Assembly: GCA_051294375.1 (NCBI GenBank)
Contig: CM119263.1
Span: 11,509,130-11,573,129, forward strand
DNA: 64,000 nt
Source: Paraspadella gotoi
Lineage: Eukaryota; Animalia; Chaetognatha
Reading direction: 5' to 3'
Below are positions 1 to 12,058 of the stretch, piece by piece. Both the position numbers and the translations under genes were made by a program. Below the pieces are notes generated by a model. The model saw nothing but the letters and a program-made list of their open reading frames with translations, had not been told where the DNA came from and did not search any database. Each line of letters begins with the position of its first letter. Positions within the stretch are counted from its first letter, which is position 1.

Positions 1-789
1 CAAATATGGCACTTATGATTTTCATATCAATACCGGTTTCGTTCTGAAATGTGATCATAGTTTTTTAAGTCGCTATTTTAATGGTCGATATTTAAAAGAA
101 TATCACTTTTTCATAAAATTCAATAAACAATCATTCTAACATTCGAATAAAGCCAGGTTTATATGACCCGGAAGAATATTAACCCTTTCTACAAAAAGTT
201 ATTCGCGTTAGACTTACGATGCTCTTACGACGATACAATTTGACCCAGCGATGACATCGAGACTCATTCGCAAAAAGGGTTTAAGTGGAAAGTTCGAAAT
301 TTCACCCCACGTCGATCCGACGACGACGACGAAGGTGGAACGACGTTGACACAACGAAGCTCACGATCCGACAACGACATTTCACGACCTCATCGCTCGG
401 CCTCATTCGTGACTTTTCGTGATCCGGTCGAACGAAAGGAAAAGGGTTTAACGATTTCCTTTTTTTTAATTTTGGCCTTCGTCCAACGAAACCATGCCCT
501 CCGAATTAACCCCTAATCATGTAGTACGTTTACGTTTACAAACTAATTTCGATTTAGCTAATATTTCGGTTATTTGGCGTTCAACGCTATACTACCGAAT
601 AATTTGATGCGGTATTCGTGCTTTAAATTGCCGATGCATCATACAGATGCTAAATTCTAATGGCTCTGATGATTTATTCAGTGATATTTTTTTAAAATTT
701 GATTAATTGCCCTAACTCTCATTGATATCAAGCCGTTACGGAAATTTTACGATATTATTTGTCTTAAATAGTTAGTCAATAAATCGATT

Positions 790-1010
790 AACTATGGCAA
801 CGGGAGGATAGCCTGTGATACCCTCGGGGCGCGGGGTATCTCACCAACTGGCGTAGGGGCTGCGGACCCTCAGTGACCGCCTCCTGTCACTGGCATGTTT
901 ATACCGGCACCGTCACATTTAAGCCAGAACCGGGATACCCAGGGATTGAACCCGGGACGCACGGATGGAATGAGATGATTTAGCCTGCTCAGCCATTGAG
1001 ACGAGGCTGA
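790..1010 (-). mobile_element. tRNA-derived SINE-like element (Pol III A and B boxes followed by a hairpin-rich body)
   Basis: Minus-strand A-box-like TGGCTGAGCAGG (995-984) and B box GGTTCAATCCC (952-942), 31 nt apart. No proper acceptor stem, so it is not a functional tRNA. GC-rich island in AT-rich flanks. Confidence 0.5.
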
Positions 1011-4000
1011 GGACGGACAGCAGTGAGGCAGCTTTAAGTCTTGCTGCCACATAACCCTTTTTCCAAATCACGCAATATATTTTCTGTTAGACTCGACGGA
1101 CTCACGATCTTATGAACATTCAAGGTAGAACCGAACGACGATGACGACGACAACGACGATGACGACGACAAGACGATGACGACGACAACGACACTGAATA
1201 CATCATGACCTAGCGCTGACCCGATAGAATAAAAAAAAAACACTGTATTTTGTTTTTTCACTTTCTCGCCCTATTGTTCACTCGAAATCGTTAATTTTTG
1301 TTGTTTAGTTTGCCTATTTAATGGGGAAAAAATGTTAGTATCAAGGGATTAAAACCTAAACGTCTACAATCGTTAATACTAATCTTAATACTAATCTTAA
1401 CGCCTTGAACTCTTATCATAACAGAAAAAATCATTTTATTTAAATCGAGATAGCTTATTAAAAATAATTGTTTTTATCTGAAGACGATTCCTAGGTAATG
1501 ACAGACTAAACTTGCTCTCTGTAACTCTTCCTCGGAAATTTTGAACTTATAAAAATAAACATTTTTTAAGCTCAAGACAGTGAATTTGAATGAGAAGACG
1601 AATAAACCGACGACTGAAACAATGACGAAAATGACGACGTAAACGACGATCAGATGACTAAGGCTTGAACGAAGCCCGTCACAATTAACTCAACTCGACA
1701 CGCAATAAAACGGATCTCGAAAAGGGGTATAGTGAGTGTGGCGGTATATTCACACTGCCTCACCTCCAACCTCATTCAGCCAATCCTATTTGTTCAGATG
1801 GGGAACGCACCATCCCAAGTCTTAACGACTTCCCTCTGCGTTGGCAAAGCGAGACTGTCCTCTAACCGGCGCCAGTGACAATGAGTCGTCACTGAAGGGT
1901 CGGAAGTCACACAAAGCCAACCGGCTGTTGCAGTACTAGTCAATAATTTCGTACTCTCATAAAATAAAATTTCGAGGTTAAGTTTTTATTATGTTATGCC
2001 AAAATTTATTTCCGCATTTGAGGGGTTTAGAGAGAAAGACCGGTGGTAAGTCGCCTCAAGCTTTTCATTTCGACCTGACCCGACCTATTCATACTTCGAA
2101 TATTTTTCACCAATTGACAAATCCTTTTTTCATATTTTGCATCGCTGTCCCAAAGTTTCAATTCACAACCGTATTCCAAATATTTTTTTTTATATTAAAT
2201 AAAAACAAACAAAAGACAGTGGCTCTAAATCGGCGTAGCTGTCGTGCTCAAATTCGAACTCGACGTTGAGAGACGACAACGAATCTCGGTCCAGGTTGAC
2301 CCAGGATTCGACGCGATGCTCGGGCGTTGAGGGGGGGGGAGCGAGGGCCACGTTGAAAAGGAAACGAGGAATACTTTAGCGATTCTCTTCCCTATTCATT
2401 AACCCCTTTTTCAAATTCCGGACGAATTTAACCACTTTTCCTCATTTTGTGAGCCAAAAAGGCGTTTCCGAGGTCGTCGAAGCCTCCCTCGAACATTTCG
2501 TGACCCCGGACCCGCGTGTTCGACCATTTTTCGACCCGTCGGGTCCCTCGGATGACCCAGCCCGACCTCGCATTTACCCAAGCCATACCCAGCGGTTCCG
2601 TTTCGTGCCGCCTTCGAACAATTACCATGCCCTCCTTCATTTTAAACAGGAAGGGTTTTTTGTTGGCAGGGGATGAATGGAAAAAAGGGTTTCGGGGTTT
2701 TTTTTTCGCAGTGGGGTGAAGGTGGGGGGAAGATGGGGGGAGGTGAAGGATATAAAAAATTTCGTCCCCTTTCCTCTCTCAATTTTTTTAAAGGCTTTTA
2801 ATGCCGAACAGAAGCGCCAGGTGTTAAAAAATTCTTTTTTTTTATCATCTTTCGAGCGCGGAGTAAAAAAAATCTGTATTTCAGCAACTGCTGAAAATTT
2901 GCTGCAGCTTCGACCAATTTGATCGAGTTACTCTGTGATCTGTTATTTTTTTCGTCATTACACCGTCACTGACATCTTCGACCGAACGTTGTCGACTTCT
3001 TCCGAGGAACACTCGTCCCCATGCCGGAGTCTTTGGTCAACGATATTCGATGATGTCGAAGCTCGATACCGATAAATTCTCTGTAAATTAAATCATCAAA
3101 GAGGCGAATCATGTTTGTACCAATTTCATGACATTCTTCTCTTTTCTCCTTTCATCAACATCTAAATCATATCTCTTTTTTTGTTGTAGCAGAAATATTT
3201 AAAATGAATTAAAATTTATTTTTTTTTCATTTTGCTAAAGAGGCCTTATTGGGTCAACCTGACCCTCCTTAACCTTTTTCCTCCTGATTAGTGTCATTTA
3301 AAAAAAGATTTTTTTTTCTTCAGATCATAAACGCTGCCGAATAAAAAGCATGAAAATAAAGCCGCGGCGACTATTACGATGACGACGAGTTTGACGGACG
3401 AGTTTGCGAAACATCGCTGCCAGAGAAGGGGCTAAAAGCGAGTGATTACTTCTCTTTGCGTGTTCGTCATCGTCGCTGTCGCTTTCGCCAACGACCTCGT
3501 CATTGCTGAGGTTGAGGGCTCAATCGACTTCACTCTAGTCGTCGTCGTCGCGCGCAATGCTAGCTATAAGAAACAATTAAATGCAGTCAGTAAAAAAGAC
3601 TTTCTTTTATTGTTTTTAGTTATATTAATTAATCAACTTCAAAGTGAAGAAAGATGCTTTCAAGAAACCGACGGGAACGTTACTTCATGATTGGCGTAGT
3701 CCGTACGTGATATCATAAGATTATATCTCTCTTCCCCACGGTTAAGAAAATCGTTTCACAAATATTCAAAAAGAAGGATTCCTAAAATCTCATGCGATAT
3801 CTATCTTTCTATCTATCTCTCATTGAAAACTCTGAACACTATTGTATATCATTCAAGTTTCATGCCTTTTTTAGCAGCTTTTTTAGTTCGTAGTCGCGTT
3901 CCTCCTCCTGCTCCTTCCTTTCATCTTCCTCTTTCTCTCCTCATTTTAACATTAACCAATTCTCGTGAAATTCGACTAACCCTTCGCCCAACGAAAGATT

Positions 4001-5201
4001 CACACCCCATCGCTCCTTTTCACTCCCTTCCTTCCCTTCACGAACCGGCGTCGCCCCGTCACGAAAAACTCACGACATCCACGACCCTGGACGAGACTCG
4101 CCCGTGACCTTTTCACGCCGATTTTGTGACCCAGTCGTGACATTTTCGTGACCTCCGTTTTCGCCGAAAGGGTTTTCTTTCTCTCTCACCAGCTAGTGAG
4201 AGACCCCAAAATGGTTAAGCGCTCTTTACAGTTTACATCCCTTTCAGTCTCTTTCTTTTTTTTAAATAGGTAATAAAATTTTTGCGAAAAACTCGTATTT
4301 CATTGTTCATATTTCTTTTTTTCTTTTTTTTTGCTTTTTCACAGCTGCCTATTTTATTTTGCAGAATTCAAAAAAAAGTGACAAAAGCGTCATATAAAAA
4401 ATGCAAATAAAGAAAGGGGGGGCAAGAGACGTAAACGTCGCGGCCATATTTCGTCCTCGCAAATCATGACCTTATTTGGGAGAAGAAGATGGAATGGAAT
4501 GGAACGAGCCAGAATCGCGAGGTCGTCGTGACCCCGAATCTATTTTTGGGTTTACTTTTTCGAGGGTCGCGCTGTAGACAACGAGGTGACAGGTTTGTAA
4601 AAATTACATCGTTTATAGTCCCTTTGTTTATTTGTTTATTTCTACGTTTTTCCTTCGTTTTTTTTCTTACTTTCGCTTTTTCTTTCCTTATTTCTTTTTC
4701 TATTTTTTTCTTTCTCCCTTGAAAGCTTTAAATTATTTTTCTTTTCTACTAAACAGTCAACCCTTAGAAATCCTCCCTTCAAGGATGAACCCTACTTTTT
4801 TGGAGGAAATCTCCCGCTCCCTTCGGTCGGCGCCTTCATTAATTCTTTAATCAATTAACGAAAGGCCTTCAAACCTCGGTCATCGTTGGCGGTGGAAAGC
4901 GAAATCCTCTCTGTCTCTATCAGTGTCGCTCTAACTTTCACTAAAAAAAAATAAGGAGGGAGGCAAAAACTGTGAATCAGCGACGAGACTACACGCTGCG
5001 TGAACTCGGGGAAATCGGGAAACGGCGTAAACGTGAAATATACCGCTAATTAGACAGATAAAGAATTTAACGACCCATCAAAGAGCCCACGCCATTGCCG
5101 ACTCAAAGCCGCCTTGGCGCCCACGGACTATAGAGAGGGGTTTTTTTTCAGTTCCTTTCCTCCCTTAAACATTTTTATACCTCTCTCTCTCTCTCTCTCT
5201 C

Positions 5202-5263
<62 letters not shown>

Positions 5264-5774
5264 TTTTCTTCAACTCTCTCTTTCTCACTCTTTGCTTTTT
5301 CGCGCTGTAAAAAAAAGATAAGCAGAAGATTTGTTGACATTCTTCGCCCTTCTGCTTTTTGGTCATTGCATTTTCCATGGCAGGAAAAATTGGTTTTTCG
5401 ATTTCTAATGAGCACACGGAATGAGAGTAAGTATGTAATGAGGAGACAGAGAGAGAGAGAGCAGAGAGAGGTGAGAGACCGGAGAGATTGACGAGACGAG
5501 AGAGAGAGGACAAGGAGGACGAGAGAGTGAGAAGACGAGAGGATGAGAGATGGAGAGATTTCTTGGCATCTGAAATTTTTTTTTACGAAAGGATTTTCGG
5601 TGCGAACATCCCTCCCTTTGAAGAGCGATGCAGCGGAGAGACGAGGATGGACCAGAGAGAAAATCGGGAGAAAGAAAAAAAACCTTTATAATGAAAAATC
5701 GAAGCGTGAGTAACGAAGAGAGAGAAACCTGACTTTTTTTTCTGTCTTCCACACCAAGCCTAGCCTAACCCTTC

Positions 5775-5817
<43 letters not shown>

Positions 5818-6073
5818 CTCTCATCATTCTCTCTCTCTCTCTCTCTCTTTCTTGCAAATCAATATCATTTTCAGACGCTTTTATTGGAATAGGTTTTTTT
5901 TTCTTCCCTCTCTTTTTCCCATTGTCTTTTGTTTTTTGTTTTTTTTTCTTTATTTCGCCACCGTCGCCCTTATTTAAAAAGCGTGGCGGAAAGAAGAAAA
6001 GGAGGAGAGAGCGGCGAAAGTTTTTTTTGTTTGAATTTTTGGCTTCTTAGTGTTAAAACCCCACTTTTTCTCT

Positions 6074-6118
<45 letters not shown>

Positions 6119-6330
6119 CTCTCTTCTCTTTGGTCCCCAAAATCTGTTCTTTTTCTCCGGCGTCTCTGCCTTGATTGTTAATGAGTTAAGAACCGATCGA
6201 CTGCTATTTTTAATTCCGTTAATCGCATGTCGTTTTTTTTCAGCATAAATTACTCGCTGACGCGGAGACGAAGGAGAGAGAGAGAGAAGAGAGAGAGAGA
6301 GATGAGAGCAGAGAGATGAAGAGATAGAGA

Positions 6331-6369
<39 letters not shown>

Positions 6370-6483
6370 AGAAAGGCTGTGATTTCAACAAAAAAGTGCC
6401 TTCGGAAATCGACAGAGGAGGACGAGTAAGATCGGGGTGGGGTTGTTGAGCAGAGAGACGAGAAAGGATTTTTTTGTGGCGAG

Positions 6484-6515
<32 letters not shown>

Positions 6516-6692
6516 CGAGAGAGAGGAGAGAGAGAGAGAGAATGAGAGAAGAGAGAGTCGGGGGGAGAATAATGAGAAAGAATTTGGAAAAAGTTGGAGA
6601 TTTGGAGAGAGGGTGTAAATGTTTTCTTAGGCGATTCGAGAAAGGAGAAATAACACAAAGGAAAGAAAGAACGAAAGAAGTGAAATTAAAGA

Positions 6693-6702
6693 GCGCATGC
6701 GC
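6693..6702. promoter_or_regulatory. NRF1-type palindrome GCGCATGCGC
   Basis: Exact motif match only, with no other support. Confidence 0.3.
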
Positions 6703-7065
6703 CGACATAGGCGGAGGAAATGAGAGATAACGCAGTCAATAACGAACAGGGGTTTCAAGGCCTAATGTCGCTCGAGGCAGCTTTTCTTTCTTTGGTGGAG
6801 CAACTTTNNNNNNNNNNNNNNNNNNNNNNNNNNNNNNNNNNNNNNNNNNNNNNNNNNNNNNNNNNNNNNNNNNNNNNNNNNNNNNNNNNNNNNNNNNNNN
6901 NNNNNNNNNNNNNNNNNNNNNNNNNNNNNNNNNNNNNNNNNNNNNNNNNNNNNNNNNNNNNNNNNNNNNNNNNNNNNNNNNNNNNNNNNNNNNNNNNNNN
7001 NNNNNNNNNNNNNNNNNNNNNNNNNNNNNNNNNNNNNNNNNNNNNNNNNNNNNNNNNNNNNNNNN

Positions 7066-7101
<36 letters not shown>

Positions 7102-7336
7102 TAAAAAATGTATTAAAAGAAACCAAAAACTCTTCGGTGAAAGGAAAAACCTTTAATGGGAAAAAACCAAAATTGAAAGAAGGTTTTCTTTCCTTTTTTT
7201 CCTTTCCTTTTTTTTCCTTTTCTTTGCCTTCGTCGTCGCATTCGCACTTAAATCTCAGAGAAAATCGAGGAAAGGTGAAACCCTTTTCGTCCTTCGCGCG
7301 TCTTCCAATTTTCTTTTGTGACGTTTCTCCTCCTCA

Positions 7337-7708
7337 TTTTTAGTTGCGCAGCGAGTACTCGCGGAGCAACTCTATAAGTCACTTTTTGGACGGTCTGTCG
7401 GTCGGTCGGTCGGTCGGTATGTATATCCATCCGTCGTTAAAAATATATTTAATTTGCTTATAGTTGGTTGTTCATTTGTTAAGACAGAAAAAACCCTCAA
7501 ATGTAAGAGACTGCTAACGCCTTCAAGTAATCCTATAACTATAAGGAATAAAAAACAAAATTTTGCTGCAGTGCAGGTCATAAATATACAGGCAAAAAAA
7601 GTTTTTTAGTCATGTCTTGTCAAGTCATGTCATATCACGTGATCAAAGCTAAATATACATGAAAATAAAATCACTGCGGCGCAACACAGCGGAATTACCG
7701 TTCTTGTT
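7337..7708 (+). mobile_element. Non-autonomous Helentron-associated (HINE / DINE-1-like) element
   Basis: 5' TTTTT followed by AGTTGCGC...GGAGCAACT inverted repeat enclosing the palindrome GCGAGTACTCGC, then a (GTCG)n tract at 7391-7418. A 3' inverted copy GCGCAAC (7679-7685), a short CGG..CCG stem and a CTTGTT end follow. This matches the known DINE-1/HINE architecture. Confidence 0.6.
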
Positions 7709-8587
7709 TGTATGACTTTTTTCTTATTCCTTATTTTCATCTTTTTTTTTTTCGTTTCGTCCAATTATTCAGATCATTAGCTGTATTTTATTTTGATTTA
7801 ACTTTTCTTTTGCTCCGTTCGCTTTTTTACCTTCTTCATTTGCTGCTTTTGATGCATTTTTTTCGAGGGCATGTCGCTCTTGCGAGATTTCTTTTGTTAT
7901 TTTTGTTGTTAGAATAATTTTAGCCCTTAATGTAACCTAACTTTCCTCTCTTCGATTTTCTTTTATTTTTTCTTCGGTCAATTTTTCGTATTAGCCTTTT
8001 AAGATTTTTTTTTTAATTTCGTCAATCCACTTAACTTTATTCTTTTTCTTTCTCTTCTTTCCAACGTCTTTTTCCCTTCCTTCCTTCCTTCCTTCCTTCC
8101 TTCCTTCCTNNNNNNNNNNNNNNNNNNNNNNNNNNNNNNNNNNNNNNNNNNNNNNNNNNNNNNNNNNNNNNNNNNNNNNNNNNNNNNNNNNNNNNNNNNN
8201 NNNNNNNNNNNNNNNNNNNNNNNNNNNNNNNNNNNNNNNNNNNNNNNNNNNCCCTTCCCTCTTTCACCCCCCCTCCATCGCCGATGTACATTCGCGTTGT
8301 CGAACGAGTGACAGAATCTTTGATGAACGACGACAACGAGAAGCCGCGCGAGGAGTGCGTGCGCCCAGGTGGAGGAAAGGAGGAAAGGAGGGAGATAGTG
8401 GGGAAGTAAAGAAAAGAAACGGGAAGAAAGGAGAGACGGAAGAGAAGCTAGAAGAAAAGAATAAAGTGGTGAGGGCAAGCGGGATGGAAAGAAGGGGAGG
8501 GAGAGAGGGAGTTAAGGGGCGGGAGAAGGACGAAATAAGAAAAAATAGAAAGTAAAAAAAAGAAATAAGAGGGAAAAAAAATCATAC

Positions 8588-9236
8588 CTCTAGGCTTTGA
8601 AATCTCCGGAAGCAAGAGGGCAGCGAATTACAACCAGAGTGACAGTTCCGTTGTTAGTGACTATTGATGGTAAGATACTGAATGATGGGATAATAACTTC
8701 GATCGAGGTAAGGGGACTATTCTAAGTCGGCTTTGGATATTATTTCCTTCCTTATTTCTTATTTTTAAACCGAATTTTTCTTCGTTTTCGATCTCCGACA
8801 TTGGTTCCTCATTGCGGCAGAAAAGTTATGAAGAGAAGCAAACGAGTCACGAGTATGATTTCTGGGTTGCGTTCTTGGGGAAAAGCGATGGACTAATGAA
8901 GAAAAAGGGAAGGCTCGAGTCCGGAGTATGTGAACGCTGAACAGCGAACAGGGTCCCTGAGAGAATAGCCTCGTAGGAGTAAGACGGTAATGACCGAGCG
9001 TCTATATTGTCGATGCGTAACGACGGCGATGTGGCGGCGAAGGTGGAGAGGGTGTCATTTGTGGTCGGGGTGGAGAGAAAGGTGTCAGTTGTGGTTGGGA
9101 TTGAGAGAAAGGTGTCTTTTGTGGTCGGCTGGAGAGAAATGTGTCATTTGTGGTCGGAGTGGAGAGGAAGGTGTCATTCGTTGTCGGGGTGGGGTGAAAG
9201 GTACATTTGTGGCCGGAAATGACATTAAAGGTAAGG
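8588..9236 (-). CDS. Candidate frameshifted exon encoding a Thr/Ser/Pro-rich repeat (PTTNDTFLST) plus unique sequence
   Basis: Minus-strand acceptor (TTTCTGTCTATTTCGGCAATCAG) before 9236 and donor AG|GTATGA at 8588. One minus frame is open from the repeat to ~8849 (PTTKDTFLSI...LRIDNIDARSLPSYSYEAILSGTLF...). Several indels are needed to make a single frame, and the strand is ambiguous. Confidence 0.4.
9043..9216. repeat. 30-bp minisatellite, ~6 units (GTGGAGAGAAAGGTGTCATTTGTGGTCGGG)
   Basis: Units read directly. Substitutions between units fall mostly at every third base. Confidence 0.9.
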
Positions 9237-9441
9237 CTGATTGCCGAAATAGACAGAAATATTTCAAATGTAGTTAGGCAAGATCGCTTGACGTACAGTA
9301 ACTATGATAAGACAGATTCAACTGCCAAAACGCCCGTCCCATCAGCGGGAATCCTACCATTCAATTACCACTGATGGAACTGACTTTGTTCCCAACGATG
9401 ACACGATTGACTTCCCACCGACGCGATCATCATCATCATCA

Positions 9442-9990
9442 TCACTTAGCCAGCGACGCGAAGTCATTGTGGAGTTTAGCTTTTTTTTTCCTCTCTCTCT
9501 CTCTCTTTCTCTCTTTCCTCGGTTGAGAAACGGAAAAATTTATGTTTCCCCCAGGATTCGAGTTTGAGAACTTTCGGGGGTGAAGATGGAGTGGAGGGGT
9601 GGGGAGGTGGGAGAAAGGTGGTGGGCGACGGCCGATGGGCGGAAGCGGTGGGCGTTGTTTTAACGGATCCTGGACCCCGGATCTAAGCGTCACCGTCGTC
9701 GTCGTCAGCGTCGTCGTCAGCGTCGTCGTCGGCTCTGGGCTTCGTTCTCGACGCTTTGGCCATTGGGGTTTGTCGTAAGGAGAGATGGGAGAGTGAGAGG
9801 CTACGAATGAGTGACGGAAGTAATGGCGGGGAGTGGTATGGAGTGGCACATGGGTATAACTGAGGTGGAGTGGAGTATGGACCATGTTGGGTTTAGGCGA
9901 TTGGTGGGGCCGGCGCCGTCGAGACCTTTCAGGGTGACGACGCCGGCGACGACGACGACGCCGGACGAGGCCTTTCTCCACGCCGCCCAT
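9442..9990 (-). CDS. Candidate low-complexity Arg/His/Pro/Thr-rich exon or ORF downstream of the 10.3-kb promoter
   Basis: A 182-codon ORF in GC-rich, mostly non-microsatellite sequence, ~300 bp from an ETS/E-box/CCAAT cluster. No recognisable domain, and the frame is uncertain. Confidence 0.25.
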   Translation of the reverse strand: MGGVEKGLVRRRRRRRRRHPERSRRRRPHQSPKPNMVHTPLHLSYTHVPLHTTPRHYFRHSFVASHSPISPYDKPQWPKRRERSPEPTTTLTTTLTTTTVTLRSGVQDPLKQRPPLPPIGRRPPPFSHLPTPPLHLHPRKFSNSNPGGNINFSVSQPRKERKRERERKKKAKLHNDFASLAK

Positions 9991-10035
9991 ACGACCACCC
10001 TGACATTTTCTTACTTGCCATTTCCATTAGCCAAC

Positions 10036-10103
<68 letters not shown>

Positions 10104-10116
10104 TCTCTCTCTCTCT

Positions 10117-10158
<42 letters not shown>

Positions 10159-10229
10159 CTATCTGGATCCTTCTTCTTTGCTTTGTTTTTTCCCTTTCTT
10201 TTTTCCTTCTTTTTTTTAACTGCAGCGTT

Positions 10230-10425
10230 AATTGCGCCCACACGCGCGCGCGCAACTTTAGCGGCAGTACGCGCGACAGTAGAAGCACGACGCGTCAGAG
10301 CGGCGGCGGCGGCGGCCGGAAGTCACGTGACGACGGCGAAAGAGAAAGCTAGGCTGTGGCGTTGCGAGGAAGATAGTCGTCCAATGAGAGGAAGGCGAGT
10401 TTAAACTCTTACATACGATTGGTTG
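10230..10425. promoter_or_regulatory. CpG-rich promoter-like region
   Basis: CCGGAAGT (ETS, 10316-10323) overlaps GTCACGTGAC (USF/TFE E-box, 10322-10331). CCAAT at 10381, ATTGG at 10418, and a (GGC)n run. Confidence 0.6.
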
Positions 10426-10513
10426 AGAATTTTCCGAAAGAACCGGAGTACTTAATCTGGGTGTAGGAGAGAGAGAGAGAGGGAGAAAGGGAGAGGAAAA
10501 GAGGAGGGGAAGG

Positions 10514-10544
<31 letters not shown>

Positions 10545-11394
10545 CTTTTGTAGCCCTAAGACGACATAAATTTTTTCCCTCCTTTCCCTCTCAGTGGACG
10601 AAAATGAAAAAAAAGGGTATTAACAATTTTTTTTTTAAATGCATTTTACGGGAAAAAACAAAATTTAAAATTTTTTTTATTTGCTCATTCATATCGAGGA
10701 CGAAAACTCAAGGAGGCAGGTGGCGTCCAAGTTTATTTGTTTATGTTTTTTTAGCTTTTAACTTTTTTTTTTCCAATTTTCTTTTTCTTTCACTTTACGT
10801 CGTTCCCTTGAAACTTTGATGCCTGGTATGAAAAAAGGTTTTACAAAAAGGCTTTTTTTTTTTCTTGGGGAAAAGAAGTTTTGAAAACCCCAGTTTTTTT
10901 TCCCTGTTTGGTTTGACTTTTTTATTATTCTTTACTGTGAAAAAAAATTAATGACGATTGGGAAGAAACGTCGCCGACTTTTGCCTGGACATTAATGACA
11001 GAGCATCGCATTTCTTTTCCGTTACGTTTCTCATTGCGTTATGCTATTTTTAGTATTGATCCTTTTACAAATTCAGCTATCCAGCTTTTCAGCGACAAGT
11101 CTCGACTATTCCCTGGACGAAACTCCGCCTTTCTTTCAATTGTTCAAGAAGACAAAACATTGAAAAAAAAAGAATAGCTAAAAATAAAAAAAAAAGAGTG
11201 GCCCAAAAAAAAAGTGACAAAACCTTTTCGTCATTCAGCATCAAAAAACCTTTTTTTTTCATTGATTCAAAAAGAAGGATAAAAAAAAAAAAAACCGATC
11301 GAAAGTGTTCGTGGGAAAATTACATATAAGTAAAAGTAGCATTTCCTTTTGAAATATTCTTAGTTAAGACTTTGCATTTTAATATCAATAACAG

Positions 11395-11620
11395 CGAGAA
11401 CTGGTCAGCGATCACAGTATCAGGGCCGCCCTAATTTGACGATGCTTCGAAGACGCGGGCCGATGTGTTTCGCGCCCGAATCAAAATTTATTAGCACCAT
11501 AACCTTATGATGTCGCAAGGAGGAGTGGAGGGCGAAGAGAGAAAGAGCTGGCTCGACGGGATGGCTTGAAGAGGTGATTGAGAAGGTAGACGTAACGCCG
11601 TAAGGGAGCCGGGAGCCACG
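11395..11620 (+). CDS. Candidate exon (noisy coding or UTR)
   Basis: Balanced-composition island bounded by AACAG| and a consensus donor CACG|GTGAGT. All three frames contain stops. Confidence 0.25.
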
Positions 11621-11929
11621 GTGAGTTTCAAATTCAATCCCGAAAAGTTTTGAGTAATAATAGATATCAATCTTTGAATACCTAGTAAACAAAAGACAAA
11701 GAACCTTTTTTTTTCTCTTAAATAAAATCGAACTCGCGTGCACGCCGCCATTTGCATACTGTCCTTCCTTCCCAATTAACTCGAAACCGCCAAAATGTTT
11801 GTTAAATTTTCTTTCTCTGAATTTTGTTTTTCTCTGCCTCCGGTTTTTTTTTTCTTTTTTTAATCCTTTCCTCTCGACTAAATCCTCTTTTCGCTCTTTT
11901 TTATGCTTTTTGGTTTTGTAACCGTCGAA

Positions 11930-12058
<129 letters not shown>

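Noticed and set aside
930-1005. Functional tRNA gene; also a hammerhead core CTGAGGA near 1007
   Set aside because: A and B boxes are present but acceptor and anticodon stems do not pair. No GAAA follows a stem II, so there is no hammerhead.
5114-6730. ORFs encoding ERERER / LSLSLS (here and throughout the window)
   Set aside because: These are translations of (AG/CT)n microsatellites, which lack stop codons by construction.
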